DNA from: Marsupella aquatica
Lineage: Eukaryota; Plantae; Marchantiophyta
DNA: 64,000 nt
Reading direction: 5' to 3'
Assembly: GCA_973895155.1 (NCBI GenBank)
Contig: OZ316893.1
Location: forward strand, 2,374,330-2,438,329
In this document: piece after piece, positions 49,389 through 64,000 of the stretch
Position numbering within the stretch: the stretch's first letter is position 1
Layout: each line of letters opens with the position of its first letter
The notes under the pieces: generated by a model
What the model was told of the DNA's origin: nothing
The model's input: only the letters and a program-made list of their open reading frames with translations
The model's database searches: none
Position numbers and translations under genes: made by a program

Positions 49389-52246
49389 TGGGGTCCCCTT
49401 CAAATTGACCCACATCTTCTACAAAACAGGAATTGTCCGTGTTCTGGAGAAATCACAGAGGCTGGTTTGGATCAAGGTACAATATGCCCTACCCACGAGT
49501 GCCTGCCTTTTCCACATAGAAATGTTGCTGCTCTGTTTTATTTGGTGCGCTGGGAGTGTTATAGCCGGCCATCAATCTTCAAAAATGGCCGGATTCACTG
49601 CTGCAGGTTCTGGGACTGAAGAGGTTTGTAGGTGAGGTAGAGGTAGCTGACGGAATTGTTTTTTCAAGTCAACAATGACTTCAGCTGATCTGGAGAGCGG
49701 ACAGAGATTGACTCATTTCATTCAGGTATTTCACTCCCACAGAGTTTGTGCGTGAACTACCTGATCAAGTGGGTATGATGATTGTGGCTGCAGAATGTAA
49801 CTTTGGGAAATGTTCTTGCTCGTCAGCGAGGCACGAGGTTCCACCCTGGAAACTTAATGGAGATAGTCCGAGATCACACTTCGTTCGCTCGAGTAGCAGA
49901 GCATGTGCGGTTCGAGAAAAACCCTTGCACGGAAGGCAATTGGGTTAAGGTAGTTAGATCCATATAGTGAATTGTTCAATCTTCCGAGCCTGACCCTACA
50001 GCTGCAGGAAAATTGCTGTCTTAGGAAATTTACGTGAAACCATCGATGTCGGTTGTTGGTGATAGCGATTTAGCACATTTTCTTCTGCAGCATAGAGCCT
50101 AAATCTTTGTCGTAACGAAGTTCCGTTATTATAGGGTTTTAGATAGTTTAGTTGTCGGTCGCACCATTATAAGCAGATCGTCGTCACCTGTAGCGGATCT
50201 TAAATAGCAGTAACGACGAACAATGCGGGTATGGGCATTTGCAGCTGGTAGCATATTCGCCTGTCAGGTCTTCAGCTGCGTATTGTATAAGGTGCTGTTG
50301 TACAGAAATTTCTTGGTGAAGTTCCTACGGGAATCTGGAGATTTGACAGTAATGTTTTCGGGTCTTGGGCTACTGGTGGTACGTTTCCCGGCAGGTTGCG
50401 GTCAGCTGTATGCAAACAACGATTCAATGCTGAAAGTTCACTGTCGCGAGGCTTGCAATTCATCAGAACATGTGAAATCACTTGTGCACCGATATTCTTC
50501 TGGTGGTTGAGAATGTGGTTACTTTTTAAGCAATTGTCAATCGTCAATTCATTCATTGCATCTGGCCTTAGTACATCTGATAATGCAAAGTACTTGTGAA
50601 TTCTACTGTACAAGGGGACATGTTCGCCTGGACGTCCTGACAGCCTCTCTCTAGTAATACAGATCAATGTGTAACTTCTCTTAACTTCTCACATCAGAAT
50701 CATGCTGTGATCTCAAAGAACTCAACTTCTGATCAAGATACGAAAAACCTATTATTCCTCAAGAGTAATCACTATCCGTCAACATAAATGTTCCAGGGTA
50801 AGACCTCGGAAGTGGATTTTCTACGAATTTTTACAGTGAATCATCGGTGCCCACAAGCATTCGTCTGCTCTTCTGTTACCAGGTCAGGTCCTTTCTGAGT
50901 GAAACCAATCATTCAATGTACACGAGAAGTATGTAGAACAAGAAACTAGACTGAAGGTGGAACATCACCTAGGTGACGCAAATTCAAACTCGTAGAATGT
51001 GTCAGCAAGTTGGAATGACTGGCCCTCTAGAATAAATTACCCACTAAGGTGGACTAATGAAATGACACGTCTACTCGTAAATCCTAACAAAATATCATGT
51101 GTATGGAACTCAGGATCTCGCCAAAATTCTCATCACGTAGGAGATGAGAAGCAAGGAATTAACCGAAAAACAAGGTACGTTGCGAAAATCATAAGATCAT
51201 CTCAACCAGGAGATAATAGTTAAGGAGTTGCCCATAAACGTGATAAGCTACAAAATTATGATATCATATGTTATTAATGCAACAATTGTCACTACCTCTG
51301 ATCAGGAGAAGATGGGCTCCAGAGTTCGCATTCCGACCAAAATTTCAGCGTCGACGCCAAACAACAAGTAGCAGAATAACTTGCAGCTTAACAACGAGGC
51401 AGTGTTATCCACCCCAAAGATAGACTTGGTAATGCAGTGGGCAGATTAAACAAATAAAGCGGAAAGAAAAATTCAGCTGACTAGTCCCTGTACAGGAACT
51501 TCAACTCAGTTAACACAAAGGACAGCGAAAATCATACATTGCTACAGCGAAGACATACGTACATTTGTGTTCCCACCAGAGAAGATTTCTTAACAACGGC
51601 GTCTCGAGAGATCTCTCATTACGTTTATGTATAAGAAGTCCATTTGACAAATGGATTACAAAAGATTCAGCCTCGAACAGGGCTAGAATCGTTCAGATCT
51701 ATATTACATCTGCCAGCTTCGACTGACAAAACTACAAAAGTTCGTAAATCAGCTCAGCCATCGCTCAGTAGAGGATGATCCACGATAGTTCGAAGCCACT
51801 TAGGGGAGGGGAACCATACTATATCCATTTTCCGAAAACCCAGCACCCATCGTTCAGAAGACGATGATCCACGACCATTCGGACCCGTTTAGAGAGGACA
51901 ACCATACTACCTTACTTTCCCGATATTTCAGCTCTTTCGGCCCTAACCCATTTAAGTATAACCTCGGTAGACAAATCTTTCATTGATCCACAACGGTTGT
52001 ATAACATTTCGTATGGGGAATAGCACACACCGGCCTTTCCAGTGCGAATCCAAGTTTTGCCCAGCTGCGAGAGCTACTTAAACCTCGGCCCTGAGATGGC
52101 ATCATCACAACAAAGAGCACATCTGCTTTGCAAGGATCGACAAAAAAGTCAGACACGCGAGAGGTCCTGCTTTCCAGCCGATGCAGCCAGGAATGGTGTG
52201 GCCACCAAACTACTGTTATCGAGTAACAGCTCTGTCTTGGAACACC

Positions 52247-55200
52247 CTATGCACTGAATCCTTCTTTCACAGGCTGCCATGTTCCAAGGCCATAAGTGCT
52301 CCTTCTGCAAGCCTCCTCCGCAGCATGGCTCACTTTCTCCATTTCGGCACCAGCATTGCAAATATTGGCAAAGGCCCGCATATGCTTCATTCCATATTGA
52401 GTCAACGGTCCGCACCTGCTCTCAAATTTCCGCACCTGGAAGACAAAACCATAGAGTGAATTACTGGTCGTTATAATCTTAGGTGTCCTTCAACGACATT
52501 TCTCGATTCCAAGCAAGTTATTTACCAGAATGTTTTAAACGAACTCTCCTCGTAGGATCTACTGACTTGTAACATGCCAGGATACTCCACAGCTACGGCC
52601 AAAAGCGGTAAAAAAATTAGCACGCTTTGAGGAGCAGAGTAATCGACTCTGGAAAAAAGCGTACCACTTGCTTCATGCAGTCCCAGTCGTCTACCAGAGG
52701 ATGTCCACTGGGAACAACATTGTCCAGTACTAAAGAACTCTCAATTCCAAAAAGCAACTCCCCCATCAGTTGCACACTTGTATCGAGATGTAGGCGATGA
52801 GATATGGTATCCATCAATTTCTTCCCAGCCTCCAGCTTGCGGGTCGATCCTTCAGCAGCATTGCTGAACTGTACATTCCGATCGGTAATAAGTCAACGGC
52901 CGATGAAATGAAATGGTTCGTCAAATCTCTTGCAATCAACAGCTCCTTCCAAGTTACTTCAGCTCAAAAATACCCTTCATGCAAGCATCGAACCATCGAA
53001 CCAGTGAGTTTGTCTATCGACTGGAAATTTAAAACAAAAGCTGTTAAGACCAACTGATCGCAAGTCAATTACCTTGGTCCACAAATGAACCATATCAGCG
53101 TCACGCTGGCTAATGCCAAGACCTCCAGATTCAAGCTTGTTGTCAGCCAGCCAGTCCGAAAAGGCTGGAAACCTAATCTTTTCGTTCGCTGGATCGAAGC
53201 CGAGGTACAGAGAAAGCTGGTCTGTGTTTTGCAGCAGATCACCGTACTGCATGACGTGTGATCCTGAATTGTATGTGTTGCGGTTAGAAGTTCTCATCTT
53301 CACCTGACGGAGCAAGCCACAACCGGGTATCAGTACATAATCGTGATGATTGTCCCATATTTATGCTAACGCTTTGATCGGATCGAATGGGAGCAACTCT
53401 ACACTCTACTTCGAAAACATACAAGAAGCATGAGAAATTTTTGACATAGCCATCAGGAACCTTGTTGTCCAGTTTGCAAAGACGTGCAAAACCTATTAAT
53501 CACTCTGAGTACAATCAATCCCAAGTCGCTCGTTCTACAAACAGACACTGAAGCTAGTTGTGCAGAAGTGCATCGCAATATGGAAGAACATTTATCTGTC
53601 GGCTAAGAAATCTAAGCCTGAAACTCCACATCCCAGGACTACGAAACAGTAAAGAAATATACTTCGGGCTACACTTACGATGCCGTATTGGTCTGCCAAA
53701 GTTTCCTGCTTCAGGTCCTGAATCTCAGAATCTTCCATCCAAGCGACACTGTAGAGATCACCAAGGCACGTCTCAAACTCCGGCGGGGGAGGAGGGATCA
53801 TTCCTGGGCAGTAAGTTCCCCAGCTACTCTCGTCAGCGTTGGACGCGGTGGTTACGTAGACATTCCACCCCTCGGGAAGTAGCCCTTCAAAGATGCTCCC
53901 GCTCTCGCATGCCTCCAAGTAGAAAACCAGCTTCGAGTACGAATTGGCCTCGTGCTTCCTCCTAAGAACGTCGATCAAATCAACCGCATACAAATTGGGA
54001 GTGGTAGGCATGCCTGCGATGAGAGCGCAGAGTTTCAGCACATACACACGAGGATTGAGCAACAGGAATTGTCCCACAAACGTTAGCGGGTCAGACAGTC
54101 TTCGATACTAGGATAAACTTGGCTCCGCTAAAAGCTAAAATGTGTACCAAAGAGATGCAATGGCCGGAATTAATAATTTAGCTAACATCATAGGGCAAAG
54201 ATGAAGACATTAGCTGGTAAAATACAATGGACGGGAGGCTAAGACATTGAAAGTAGTAGCAATTTCGCTCACTCGAAAGGGAAAGCATCCTCGCACATCT
54301 AAAGGTTGGATTAGCAGTTCGGCTGAAATGGTAGGGAGAAGATGACAACATCCAGTGAATGACTGTTAGGCTCACAATGTTGACGGCCACGGTCCAGGGC
54401 AGGAGCTCGAAGTACAGAGTTGCAACGTACCGAGAACACCTGGACCTCCGTGGTCAGTGTAGTAGATGAAGATGTGGTCATCGGGACCACTGTCAACCAC
54501 CTTGCCACTGCCGCCTTTGAGAGCAGCCTTATCCCCGAGAATGACGGCGAAGAGGTTACCAACAGTCACTTCTTTGCCGGTGTAGTCCTACACCCACACA
54601 ATCCAACCCAGCGCAATATTGTTTAGACAATTTGATTGTTCTAACACGGGCATCTGAAAATCAGTGACCGGGAGTGGGAAAGGCTTCTTCATCGCATCCG
54701 TATCCCCTCCCGAGGCAGGACAAGGCAACAAGACCAACCTACCCTCCCAAGAATGCATGTAATTCACATTGGCAGGCGAGTGAGCAGAACGACCGGTCCT
54801 CACCTTGGGCACGCCGTGGTACATATCACTGCCGTGCGGGGAGTTGATAATCTGCCCAGGGCGCGGATTCTCCGGGTTGTTCGCAATGTCGTCGTACATG
54901 AACACGATGATGTTCTCCTCCTTCACACCATTCTTCTTTAGAATTTGGTATGCATGACACACATCCGCCTGCCAAACAACCCAACATCAGAAAGACCCAT
55001 CAGTAAAGTCTCTGCCGCCAATTCTAAAGGAAGCAACACCGAACAATACAGCCTGGTTGAATTGGAAGGGAGTGACGAACCCAGTCCTAGTCGTTCTTTC
55101 TAGGACACCAGGGCTTGTGCAGCCTCTTCCCTAAGTCCAGAGAATTATGAACTTCAACAACCCGCACAGAACACGTTCCCTTAACAAGCTTTGGGCCACC

Positions 55201-55800
55201 ATTTACGGAGGATAGATAAAACAGAGCCAGGACAGGGAGCAAGAAGCCACTTCCTCAGCGACACAATCCTCACATGCAAATTCCCTCATGGATATTGAGA
55301 TACAACTGAAATCGCCTCCACTCTCTCCACTGAATAATTGAAGGCTACGACACGACTATGACCTGCGGAGGGAAACAGAGTAGACCAATCCACTGTACGG
55401 CTAGATGGTCGAGAAGATAGACAAGACTAAAGAGATTGTAGAAAGGAAACTGCCTAATCAAACTGGTTCCATGTGCAATGACAATCCGACTCCGTCTTTC
55501 CCTCTGGTACACCAAGAAGTTTGCATTACCGATAGTCTCTTCACACAACCTGCACTACACGCTAGTAAGGAGTCTCGTCATGGTCCAACCAACCTGATGG
55601 CGGTAGTTCCAGTATCCATTAGAGCCTGCAATGAGGACGGCCCAACGGGTGCCGGCGAACTCCACATCGTCAGCTTCTGCCTGTTCAAGATCGGTTGGCA
55701 TCTTAATCCTCCATTCATCGAGGTCAAGGCGCGCAGCTCCAGCAGAGGCAGCCAACGCCAGCAAAACGCACAACAGCGTGACGCTCCTCATCTCTGCCAT
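52247..55800 (-). CDS. VPE: Vacuolar processing enzyme / legumain (peptidase C13); exons 55800-55594, 54968-54804, 54587-54431, 54013-53679, 53303-53073, 52868-52665, 52435-52247
   Basis: Signal peptide; [28 protein letters not shown], catalytic DHGGPGVL and [64 protein letters not shown]. Confidence 0.96.
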
Positions 55801-57899
55801 CCTACTCCTACACTACGCCTCAAGAGCTCGGGAGACAAGGGTTTCAATACCGAATCAGGAACCCACCCAACCAATCGAGCTGACAATGCAATGAGCAGAG
55901 CACTGAACTCTCTCCTCTCTCGTTCTCTCTCACTCTGTTGAACACTTGCGAAACGATCGGGCACAAGAATCTCTTTTGAGCACCGTATCTGCTGCCCTGC
56001 AACGTGTCAAGTGAATAAGCCTCCCTCGTGTCCCTCCGCTGTCGGTACCCCTGAAGCTTACAGGGCATACTTTACAGGGACCTGTAAAGTGCCACAAACC
56101 TTCGCACTTGCACCGATGCACATGCGAATCGATTTGCTCCTGTGACTTCCATCTCACTTGCGCTGCTGCTCGGTGGTGACTTCCTGCGCCTCAAGTTGTC
56201 ATATGTCGAGATTTGTTACAGTCGAAAGGGAATTCAGCTGCGCTGCAAAGTGAATGGAATGCATATTAATCGGCACCCGTGCTATGGCTTCAGATCGATT
56301 CTGAGGTTTTCTCCGTCCTTTCAATTCTAGAGCTTATGCTTGGTTGGGAAAATGAAGTTTGATGACAGCTGTGAATAAGAAGCGACTATCGATTGATGGA
56401 ATTGAGGCCCTGGTTTTGCATAAGATGAGTGGACACTGAATGTGGCCCGGGAGCGTCGACTGTGCAGCAGCAGGCCACGAAATTGAAATTAAAGTTAGAT
56501 CACAGGGCGGTAAGTAATTTCGCTACAACGCCTCTCCCGGTTTAGTACAGAGAACGGCAGAGAAGGGAGAACCTGTACTTGTCTTTCCAATTGCTACATG
56601 GAGTTTTGCAACGATGATCTCAGTGGGTGCCGTTTACGATCCACCGAAATCGAGCGAAGTGAATGGAGTTGCAGGACTTCCACACCTCCTGGCGATTGAA
56701 TAGCTGTTGCTGCTGCTGAGATTGGTGCTCTGCGTAAACCCCAATTCCAACTCCCACGACTACGATGAAAGGCCTCCTGATCCGCAGCCTATCCTGAAAA
56801 TCGGACTGCAGGCCTCAGAAATATAAGTTACACAAGTAACAGTCTGTAGAAAGCTTCACTTCCATTGTCACTCACCAAGTCCTTTTGATTACTCTGGTGA
56901 ACTCACGAAACTCAACGCCAAAGCCGTAAAACATTGACGAAAGGAGAAACAACCAGCATCTCCGAGAATAGACCCAAACAGAACGTTACTAATCCAGCAC
57001 GTGAAGTCACGAAGATCTTCGCTTCCTAACACTTTTCTCTACACGAAACTACGTCTCATGCGCATGTTAAAACTTCATTGCAATGGTACAATTGAGCCAA
57101 CAATGACGAACAAAAAGCTTGAACAGAGACGTGACGAGAATCGAACTAATTGTTGCAAAGGACGAGCTCTCAATTTCGAATTGAAAGGTGCTGTGCGCTG
57201 CACAGTGTTCAAAGTGAATGGAATTTGCAGGACTTCCACACCTCCTGGCGATTGGGGATTGAGTAGCTGCTACTGCTGCTCAGCTTGGTGCGCTGCGTTC
57301 TCTGCAATTGTTGTGGAAAGTCGAAACACGAGAGCTGCGAAACTCAGAAGCTTTCAAAGTCGCAATTATTGTGGATTGAATTCAATTTGAAGAGGAATGG
57401 TGTGAAGCCGGTATTTTGCAGGGTCACTACAAGGAGCGGAATAAGCGCACGACAAAGCTTGCAGTGGCACAGGCTTGCGACATGTGTCCCGATCCTGGTT
57501 TTGTTTTATTCTGAAGTTTCGAGGGCTTTGTTTTATTATGAAGTTTGGGGGTTGGGACCAGCTTATTGTTTAAGCGCGAATTTTAGCCAAATTCCACCCC
57601 TCCCCAAAAAGTTTTGGCCACTTTTTTTGCTAACATTAAAGTTACCCGCAATGTGAGTGATTAAGGGCGACTGGTCGTGACTTGTACCTAAATTAAAGGG
57701 TGAGTTAACTTAAATGGAAACTTCAAGTACTCAGGGGCGAGAAACAGGGTGAATCCCGTTTTTTGTCCTTCCAATAGTGTCGGGCCCTTCTCACCGCGAG
57801 TTAGTGTCAGCCGCAAGTTAGTGCCAGCCGTGAGTTAGTGCCAGGACGTTCTGCTCTTTCCTGCCCAGGCCCATCGTGCCTCCAATGTTGCATCGTGCC

Positions 57900-58080
57900 T
57901 TCCTGCTCAGGCCCGACATTGCTCAAGCCCTCCATAGCTTCAAGCTGCTGATCGAGCACTGCCTAGCTTCCTTGCCTCCATTGCTCCACACTGCATCGTG
58001 CCCCTGATTGTGCCTCCATCGCTGCTGCTCAGGCCCGACATTGCCCAGCCCTCCATAGCTTCGAGCTGCTGAGCACTGCA
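57900..58080. repeat. Two-copy ~120-bp tandem duplication
   Basis: tgctcaggcccgacattgc..agccctccatagcttc.agctgctga at ~57904 and ~58026. Confidence 0.75.
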
Positions 58081-58276
58081 GCCCAGCTTTGGTTCCTCCA
58101 TCGCTCCATCCTTGCCTCCATCGGGTATCTTCTAACTCAAGTGGGAGGTTAACTCTCTTAACTCACCTGCTTATTTACTTAACTCAGTTCTTACAAGGGA
58201 ACTTTAGGAGAGTTTAAGGAAACTCACTTAAAAGACCAAATAGGGACTCTGGCCTTGAGTTTGGCCCCTTTACATT

Positions 58277-61200
58277 TTTTTTTTTCAATTTTTTTTTTCA
58301 ATTTTTTTTTTTGAAGAGAAACAACTTTATTCCATAACTGTGACACAAGAAACAAAAGGTGCCAGCCTGGGAGGAGGAGGCAGGCCAACACAAGGAAAAA
58401 TAAGGGGGCTGAAAGAGGGAGCACACCCATAGAAAATGAGGAGGGCAACCACCAACCAGATTGCCACAAGGAAGGAGGACGATCAGAAGGGGAAGGAGGA
58501 GCCCCAAAACCTAACTAAAAGTAAACCGATCCTAGAGAAAAGCCAAACGACAACCAGAGCCGGAAAACCAGCCAAGGCACCACAGGGAAGAAGCCGAACT
58601 TCGCCCGCCACAGGCCACCACTCGAAGAAGAACCCGTCGAGATCCCATCCATCCCTGGAACGCCAACATGACAATCTTGCCGCAAAAGCCCCAATTGCCG
58701 ATCCGATGCCAGAGAATACCAGAAAAGAGATGTCTCCCGTCGCAAGAGTCAAACCCAAACGTCTATGGGTGAATGAGCAGGTCCAGAGGATATTCATCTG
58801 AGTCACTGCGGAGGGGAATAATTTGTCCTTGCAGAAACATGAGCGGAAAAGGATAATGATTCCAGGCTAGTCACTATGATGAAATTGATGTGTATAGTGG
58901 TAACACCCAGTAAATAATCCAACACACCATGGAGGAGAATCCCATGAGGAGTTCAAAGCAGTAAGCCATAACTGGGCCAGAGCATAGAATGAAGTATAAT
59001 GAGTGAATGGATTTTGAAAGCCACTGATATAGTGAACGCCGAGCGAGGAAGGCCAATCATGGGGGGGGGCCTACCAAGGCGGGCTAGGGTCCAGCAGTAA
59101 ATGAGATGACGCAGGAGTGGTCTATGAGAGGTGGGAGATGAATCTGAAGTAATTTATAATAACTGGAGGGGCCAGCAATCAGGACCTGGAGTCCAGTGAG
59201 AAGGGAGTCCTGGCAAAAATGTGGACGAGGTCAGCAGCGAGATAGTTGAGAAGGATCGATGAGATCTGGATCCAAGGAAGACCACCCTGACATGTTCCGG
59301 CAGTTACCAAGTGACAAGAGGCCAACCATGTGGCGAGCAGAGAGGGCCAAGTCCCTGAGAAAACCAAGGAAAGCAGCCAAGCAATAGTGACGTTACGGGG
59401 ATTCTGTGAGATGAGAAGGGTATTACTATGCATGACCGTGATGAACAGTACAACTGTGAATAAACCTTGGGCCAGATGCAAAACGGAGATCCTCATGAGG
59501 AGGCTACACCATCTAATCTAATATTCTATAATACTGAATTGATACAATAGAATCCAGGTTGATAACAAGAATACTGAAGCAACTCTCTTCGAAGGAAAAA
59601 AGAGAGGAGAGCCAGAATGTGGAGAACATGAGTCCACACAAAAAGATTAAAGAGAGAGGAAGATCAAAGAAGGATGATCCAAAGAGTCCCGGGACAGCAA
59701 ATCACCATCGGTCAGCAACTGATGAGCGGGAGGCAGGATAGAACAAATTATCCATCAGCAGATATCTCCTTCTAATCCACCAATACAGGACCATGGATAC
59801 TGATCGGTCCGGCCCGCAATAGGAGACAAACACGTCAGGCAGCAAATGGAGGGAAGACCAACCATGATATACAGATCCCCACCACCATCTCTTGTGGGGA
59901 CAACCAGCCTGAAAATGAGTGAGTGAAAAACAAAACAAAAAAACAAAAAAATGAGAGGGACCGGGAACCACCATCTAGGGTCCAGCAACAAACCGGAGCC
60001 CAACCAAGGGAATGAAGGGAAACAAGAAGGGGACCAAGAGAACACCATAGATTGGTAAAGGTTGAGAACTGAGATGAACACACTATACACATGGGGAACG
60101 GGGGAGAGAAAGCCGTGGATGAGATAGAAGCCCCAGATGGGGAAGAAAAACAATATGTAGAGTGAGCGGGATGAAGCCCCCCCGAAATAATTTTTTATCG
60201 GGGGAATTGGTTTGACAAGGGATGCGAGATGTATTTTTCCGCGTAGTATAGACGCTGTTTCTTTTTTTCCGATTCATAACAGATGGCAACCGAGCGAATG
60301 TGAAGGACAACTGCAGATGCTGCAACAAATGGGGAAAACATCACTGGATGCCCATGAAAGAGACGATGGTTACGATTTTTCCAAATGAGCCATGCGGTTT
60401 CAAAGAAAACAAACAGACGAGCAGAGAGAAGAGGAGAGCGACCAAGGGCACGGTCAAGGGTACATAAGAAGGAATGTCCACTGGGGAGATAAGAGAGGGC
60501 CGGCAAACGATCGTAGAACCAGGCGATGCGGTTCCAGGCCATAATTGCATGGGAACAAGAAAAGAAAATGTGAGGATTATCGTCAGAGCAATGCCGGCAG
60601 AAGGGACACCACCCATCCCCATGGCCACATTGGTGAGCACGACGACCGGAGAATAGGCCAGCAGAAAGAATCCTCCAAAGGAAGATCTTCCCCCGATGGG
60701 ATAGATCAGAGCGCCAAATCCGACGCCACCTCCGCTGCCAGGTATGGGAGGAGTCGAAAGAGCCCCATCGTGTGTTTAATGAGCAAAAGTCCCCGTCACA
60801 ATGGTCCAGCAGCTGGTAGGCCTGGAGGCTACTAAGGGATCGTGGCTCCTTTTTATTTTTTTTGCCATGCCAGAACCATTGAGAAGCATAAAAAAATTTG
60901 GAGTAGGAAGGGGGCGGCCCTTGTTGTAGAAGTAGAATGAGATCTGATAGCACAGACAACGCTGCTGAGCTGATGTTACGAAGACGAGATAGATGGCCGG
61001 AGAAATCAGCCCAGCCTGCATCCTCCTGGCTCCAAAGATCAGAAACAAATTTGAGATTAATACGAGAGCAAGCAATGCGAATAGATGGAAGAACAGCGAC
61101 GGGCAGACTATGGGAGCGAAAAAGAAATGGAAGAAGGTCATCAATTCTCCATCGAGCAGGGATGGCTGAAGATGCAAGATCCCAATGGAGGAAGCCACGG

Positions 61201-62014
61201 ATCTGGACCCAGGCCTTCCAAATACCCGCGGTGTAGGTCATGCCTCGAAAACCGGATGGTGAAGAGAAAAGAAATCGATCCATTGAGGAGTATCCCGAAG
61301 ATCTGAGACGAACTGCCTGATGCCATGCAGCCAGCCTGAGATTGGCCGAGAATAGTTGCGCCCATTCAGAAGATTGGTCGGTGATCATACGTACTGACCA
61401 ACGAGCCAACAATGCCGACGCTTGAGTGTGTATGTCCTTGAATCCCAGACCTCCGTTTTTTTTCCCTGCACATACGATCCCAAGAGACAAGGGGGACTTT
61501 GCGACCTCCGTCTTTGTTAAAACCCCATAAAAAGTCCTTACAAGCCTGCTGAAACATTTTCGTTATGCCACTGTCAAAGCGAGAGTACATCATGTGTTAT
61601 ACTGTCATGGAGAGGAGTATCTGAGTGTTTGATCAGAATTACGCGTCCCGTGAATGAGAAGTGTTTATTAGACCAAGAAGAGATCTTTTTATAAAGCTTT
61701 TTCATGCAGAATTCCTGAATCTGGCTATTGGATAGATTCTGTCCGAATGGGGCACCCAGATAGCTAGAAATTTGGCCGGGAGGAATGATTATCATATTTG
61801 TATTTACTAACCAAGCCGGAGTATATTGTAAGCAGAAGGTAAGAACTTCTGTCTTTTCTAGATTTAATCGAGCACCGGCTGCTAGTTCATACACATCCAA
61901 TTTATTTCTTATTTCTAGAAAGCATGATTCATGAGCAGGGGTAAAAATGCCGAGGTCATCCGCAAAGAATCGATGGAATAGGGTGAGATCATTATCGATT
62001 TTAATTCCATGCAC
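58277..62014 (-). mobile_element. 5'-truncated L1-clade LINE (RT C-terminal half plus zf-RVT, frameshifted) with poly(A) tail and 16-bp TSD
   Basis: LFHRFFADD, YLGAPF, FLWG...KVPLVSW...GGLGFKD, KIFLWR...WCPFC...HIFFSC, WLIWKNRN. Plus-strand poly(T) at ~58275-58312. TTGGCCCCTTTACATT occurs at 58261-58276 and 62015-62030. Confidence 0.95.
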
Positions 62015-64000
62015 TTGGCCCCTTTACATTAAGGATAACTTTATTGGCTACATTTTTAGGTGTGCCATTTCGCCACTTTCCGGCCTAAATTATGGACCCT
62101 ATTTGCCAGAATCTAACGGTCATCCTTAAATCTAGGGATATTTGACGGTCAGTCTCTAATCCAGAATAAACTGACAAAAAATAATTCCTAGCATCTCCTC
62201 CCTTAGAGCTGACATTCACCACAGTGGCTAAAAATTAAAAAACCTTAAAAAATAAGCTGGTTGGGACCCTGGAAGGGACTTAATTAGGCCCATGTAGCAT
62301 CTTATGGACTTGATTAAGTGCAAAAACACATGCAACATTTGATTAGGGCCTTTGGCTGGTACTTTGTGCAAAATCCAAAAAATAGAGTATCTTTGCAAGA
62401 TTCTCAATCGGGTCTATCAGGCGCCAATGCTTGACTAGGGCACCACAAACCTACAAAATGTTCAATTTTGATAAACCCTAACATTTTATTGATGACTAAA
62501 TAATTATGTTTGAACTGAAAAGTACTCAGAAACTTTTAAAACAAAAACATTACAAAGAAACAAAATTACTTTTCAATAGTACTTCTCTTGCATTAGAAAC
62601 TGCACATCTTCCTAGATTGAAACTGATTTACTCTGATTTATAAAGAGGAATTTTGGGGGGAGTTTTGGACACCCGCAACAGTCAATCCTATATTCTCAAA
62701 TATCACTATTTTAGACACTAAACCAAAACTAAGTCAGGTACCTCCTTCAAATAAGTTCATGGATTCTAAGGGAATTGTAAAAGTAGTATGATTTTGAAAA
62801 ACAAATGAGTTAAGGAAAGTTCCAAAGGTAGATTTTTGGAGGTATATGCTTGATGGGAGGTAGCATAACTTTTTTACATGATGTGCCCCTATGAAAGTTT
62901 TGTTATCTATTAGGACCCTTCTTAATGAGTTCTGGAGGATGTTCTTCTAAATGGAGGAACCAGTGAGTTTTTGGCCTCAGCTTACCACATCCTTGTGTAG
63001 TTTAGTTTCTATGGTTTACCAAGTTGCTCCCTTTGCACTCATTGTCAAACCTATGCAATGTCCTTCAGTTTACTAATCATGTAGTCTTTTGCTTTTGTTT
63101 TGGTGAAGATATTATGGTTTTGTCGTCAGATTAATTTGGGCTTGGTATTGTCACTTCATTCTCGTCAGCTTTTCATTGGGGCAATCATTGTTTTGTCATG
63201 ATTTCTTGTGCCAGGCTTAGGCTTTTGATTATTGCTTAGTGATCAGTGACAACATTGATGACTTTTGAGAGCTCTTGCAATCCATTTCATGAATGGGATT
63301 TATCAATTGCGACGTGTTACACGGTGTTGGGAAGGCACTGCACGTACAGTCGCACCAAGAAAGATATCAGAATCATTGTGAAAAGATTGCATGAATCAAA
63401 GTAAACCTACTGAAAACTGTGGTACGATAAAAAATTTGACCAGATTGAAGACATTACCTGGCTACATTGTCTTCACTTAAGTTACACTATCGTTGGGGCC
63501 GCGGCGGCCACTATTCCACTGTGTGCCCAATTGGGTATTGACCATCCAATAGTTGGCCTTGTTTCTGACTGTGGGGTAGTTTGTGGTTTGGGCACAGTTG
63601 AGCATAAATTCACAGTAGCTCTTGTTGGTCCAAATATCAAGCAAAAACTCATTATAGAAACTGATAGCTGCTACAAGGGCTTATGACACAAAAGTGTTAG
63701 AGGTTCAAGTTTCATAGGGCCCTATATATATCACGTAAAACAAGTTGGGTCCCATCAAGAATATACCTCCATTGTTTTAAAGAATTTACAGATATGCCAC
63801 ACTTTTTGTATAGTTACGGTTCCCCTAGTTATGTTGATGAACTTGGCATCTATATTCCTAGACCATTCCAGTTGCCCATTTTAATCTGCCTACAATGACG
63901 AGGCTTGGAGTATGGAGTTGTTGTCATTTGATTTATGATTTTGCACCATTATGCTGAATTGTCAAACAATTTGGGTCCAACTCAAAGACATTGCCCACTT

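Noticed and set aside
56235-57280. Dispersed ~45-bp repeat (aagtgaatgga..tgcaggacttccacacctcctggcgattg) upstream of VPE
   Set aside because: Two full copies (~56658, ~57212) plus one partial, with no termini or structure supporting a functional call.

Overview
This is eukaryotic nuclear DNA from a land plant. GT-AG introns and the gene content suggest a bryophyte-grade lineage, which is inference only. Apparently intact genes: a 5-exon ~1337-aa coiled-coil protein with nine ~42-aa helical repeats, a RING-CH membrane E3 ligase, an intronless stand-alone SET protein resembling fission-yeast Set7, L-galactono-1,4-lactone dehydrogenase (GLDH), an NYN/C2H2 protein and a legumain/VPE. The 3' part of a rhodanese gene lies at the window start. 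Decayed genes: kelch F-box, Tubby, a truncated bacterial/fungal-type GT2 glucan synthase, and a second rhodanese copy. Mobile DNA: a long-TIR non-autonomous DNA transposon with an 8-bp TSD, two Helitron-like elements, a 5'-truncated L1 with a 16-bp TSD, a ~220-bp retroposed insert and several tandem arrays. Most notable: (1) two phase-locked, mutually exclusive transmembrane cassettes in the RING-CH gene; (2) an intron-containing rhodanese copy inserted between 29-bp direct repeats just upstream of the NYN gene; (3) the fungal-like Set7 gene beside a satellite and telomere-like repeats; (4) the unassigned repeat protein. Coordinates were read by eye and no searches were run.
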